This document shows positions 30,650 through 32,000 of a DNA stretch of 32,000 nucleotides, in pieces. Location of the stretch: positions 1,415,998 through 1,447,997 of the forward strand of contig NZ_AP013043.1 in the NCBI RefSeq assembly GCF_016592615.1, read 5' to 3'. Under the pieces are notes generated by a model. That model did not search any database. It had not been told where the DNA came from and saw nothing but the letters and a program-made list of their open reading frames with translations. Position 1 is the stretch's first letter, and each line of letters opens with the position of its first letter. Origin of the DNA: Isorropodon fossajaponicum endosymbiont JTNG4 (lineage in GTDB: Bacteria > Pseudomonadota > Gammaproteobacteria > PS1 > Pseudothioglobaceae). Both the position numbers and the translations under genes were made by a program.

Positions 30650-31396
30650 TAACCTGCTTTACAAATTTGTAAAAAATCTTGCGCTTTAAGTGAAGCACCC
30701 CCAATTAGACCGCCATCAATATCTTCACAATCAAGCAGTTCAGCTGCGTTACTAGGGTTCATGCTACCACCATAAAGAATTGGGGTGGTTTGTGCAATAT
30801 TAGCGTCGTGCTCGGCTAACATTGAGCGAATAAAGGCATGTGTATCCTGTGCTTGCTGCGGCGTTGCAGTAACGCCTGTGCCAATCGCCCAAACAGGCTC
30901 ATAAGCCACAATAATATTTTTAAATGCATCAATGCCAACCTGCTCAATCACCGCTTGAATTTGTTTTGAAACGACTGTTTGTGTATTGCCAGATTCTCTG
31001 TCTTCTAACAATTCGCCGATACAAAAAAGTGGGGTTAAATTATTATCCAATGCAGCTTGTACTTTTTGTGCAACAATCTCATCAGTTTCACCATAAAGGC
31101 TTCTACGCTCTGAATGGCCTACAATAACGTACTGTGCACCAAAATCTTTAATCATATCAGCACTGACTTCACCTGTAAAAGCACCCGATGTGTTGACATT
31201 TAAACTCTGCGCACCTAAATTAAGTTGTGAATGTACAACCAATGCTTCAACCTGTGACATATAAGGGGAAGGCACACAAACGGATGACCTTGGATTTAAC
31301 ATCTGCCATGCCTGAAAGAATACCCATGACCAATGTATTAGTTGCTTCTTTTGAGGCATTCATTTTCCAGTTGCCTGCTATGATGACTTGACGCAT
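30649..31396 (-). pseudogene. tpiA: triosephosphate isomerase with a single-base frameshift near codon 38 (or an assembly error)
   Basis: ATG 31396 gives MRQVIIAGNWKMNASKEATNTLVMGILSGMADVKSKVI. The rest (VCVPSPYMSQVEAL...GAQSLN...VIVGHSERR...AYEPVWAIGTG...ILYGGS) is in the tracked ORF frame. The span is 748 nt, which is 3n+1. Removing one C/G at 31282-31283 restores SKVIVCVPSPYM. Confidence 0.85.
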
Positions 31397-31467
31397 AATT
31401 AATTATCTTTTAAAAAAAAGAAACGATGTTACGCTATTTGGTTGTAAAAATCAATTCTATCAGGGTG

Positions 31468-31974
31468 TTAGTGCAAAGATTTCGAGCCAAAATATAAGGC
31501 CAAAGAAACCATTAAAATACCCAAAGAAAAATACATCAAATCTAATGCCGAATTAAATGACATAGACAAAGACACCTCAAAAAAGGTCACCACTAAAATC
31601 ATGAGTATTACCTTATTTCAAATCATCCAATGAGTTAATCACCAAAACTTTAGATGACTGACCGCTTTCTTTAGCCTCATCAATGTCACTAATAAAAAGC
31701 TCATACAGACCCAATGAAAAAATTAATAAAATAGTTGCTAGCAAAAATCCATCAATTGAACCTACCGTATGCGCAACCAATCCAATCTTTAATACCTTTC
31801 TAGCCTCTGTTGTGGCTGAAATATAATCAAAAGCGTGCACCGATAAAGCAGCCACATCAACTGCAGTGATACGAATAGTAATAATGACAATAGTAACGAC
31901 GAAATAACAGCCGCCAAAACCATGTGGCGAGAACTCCACAATAATTTTTCAAAATACTTTTCTAAACCACTCAT
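31468..31974 (-). pseudogene. YqhA/UPF0114-family membrane protein, at least two frameshifts
   Basis: Three consecutive frames. First: MSGLEKYFEKLLWSSRHMVLAAVISSLLLSLLLF. Second: ...DVAALSVHAFDY...VGSIDGFLLATILLIFSLGLYELFISDID...NSLDDLK, with a stop at 31613. Third: KVILMILVVTFFEVSLSM...LYFGSKSLH, with a stop at 31468. Confidence 0.65.
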
Positions 31975-32000
31975 TGATTAACCTCACGTGCATAATATGA

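Overview
AT-rich bacterial chromosome segment. Gene content, gene order and the tmRNA tag (ANENNYALAA) look gammaproteobacterial; I cannot assign a species from the sequence alone. Intact housekeeping genes: thiG, trpC, kdsA, dapB, glmM, folP, ftsH, lptE, holA, proA, tyrS and secG, plus tRNA-Ser(GCT), tRNA-Leu(GAG) and tmRNA. These are interleaved with an unusually high density of broken genes. I count 13 non-IS genes disrupted by in-frame stops, frameshifts, internal deletions or IS insertion: ECF sigma, a His-rich Spy/CpxP-like protein, an EF-hand protein, cytochrome b561, recQ, DUF2238, an ETHE1-like MBL hydrolase, DUF4395, ogt, an sdhA/frdA remnant, pstS, tpiA and a yqhA-family gene. There are also four degenerate IS types in two debris clusters (14.3-16.3 kb and 25.7-28.9 kb): two IS3-family elements, one IS256-family element and one IS30-family element. 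The clusters share identical fragments. The overall picture is a genome undergoing reductive evolution with IS activity, or partly an error-prone assembly; the two need separating at read level. I do not see a convincing novel multi-gene system such as a defence island, CRISPR array or toxin module. The best uncharacterised candidates are a translationally coupled redox-like operon (10.2-13.4 kb), an osmC-linked pair of small membrane/secreted proteins (1.5-2.5 kb) and two secreted orphan ORFs next to IS scars. All lesion coordinates were read by eye and may be off by a few nucleotides.
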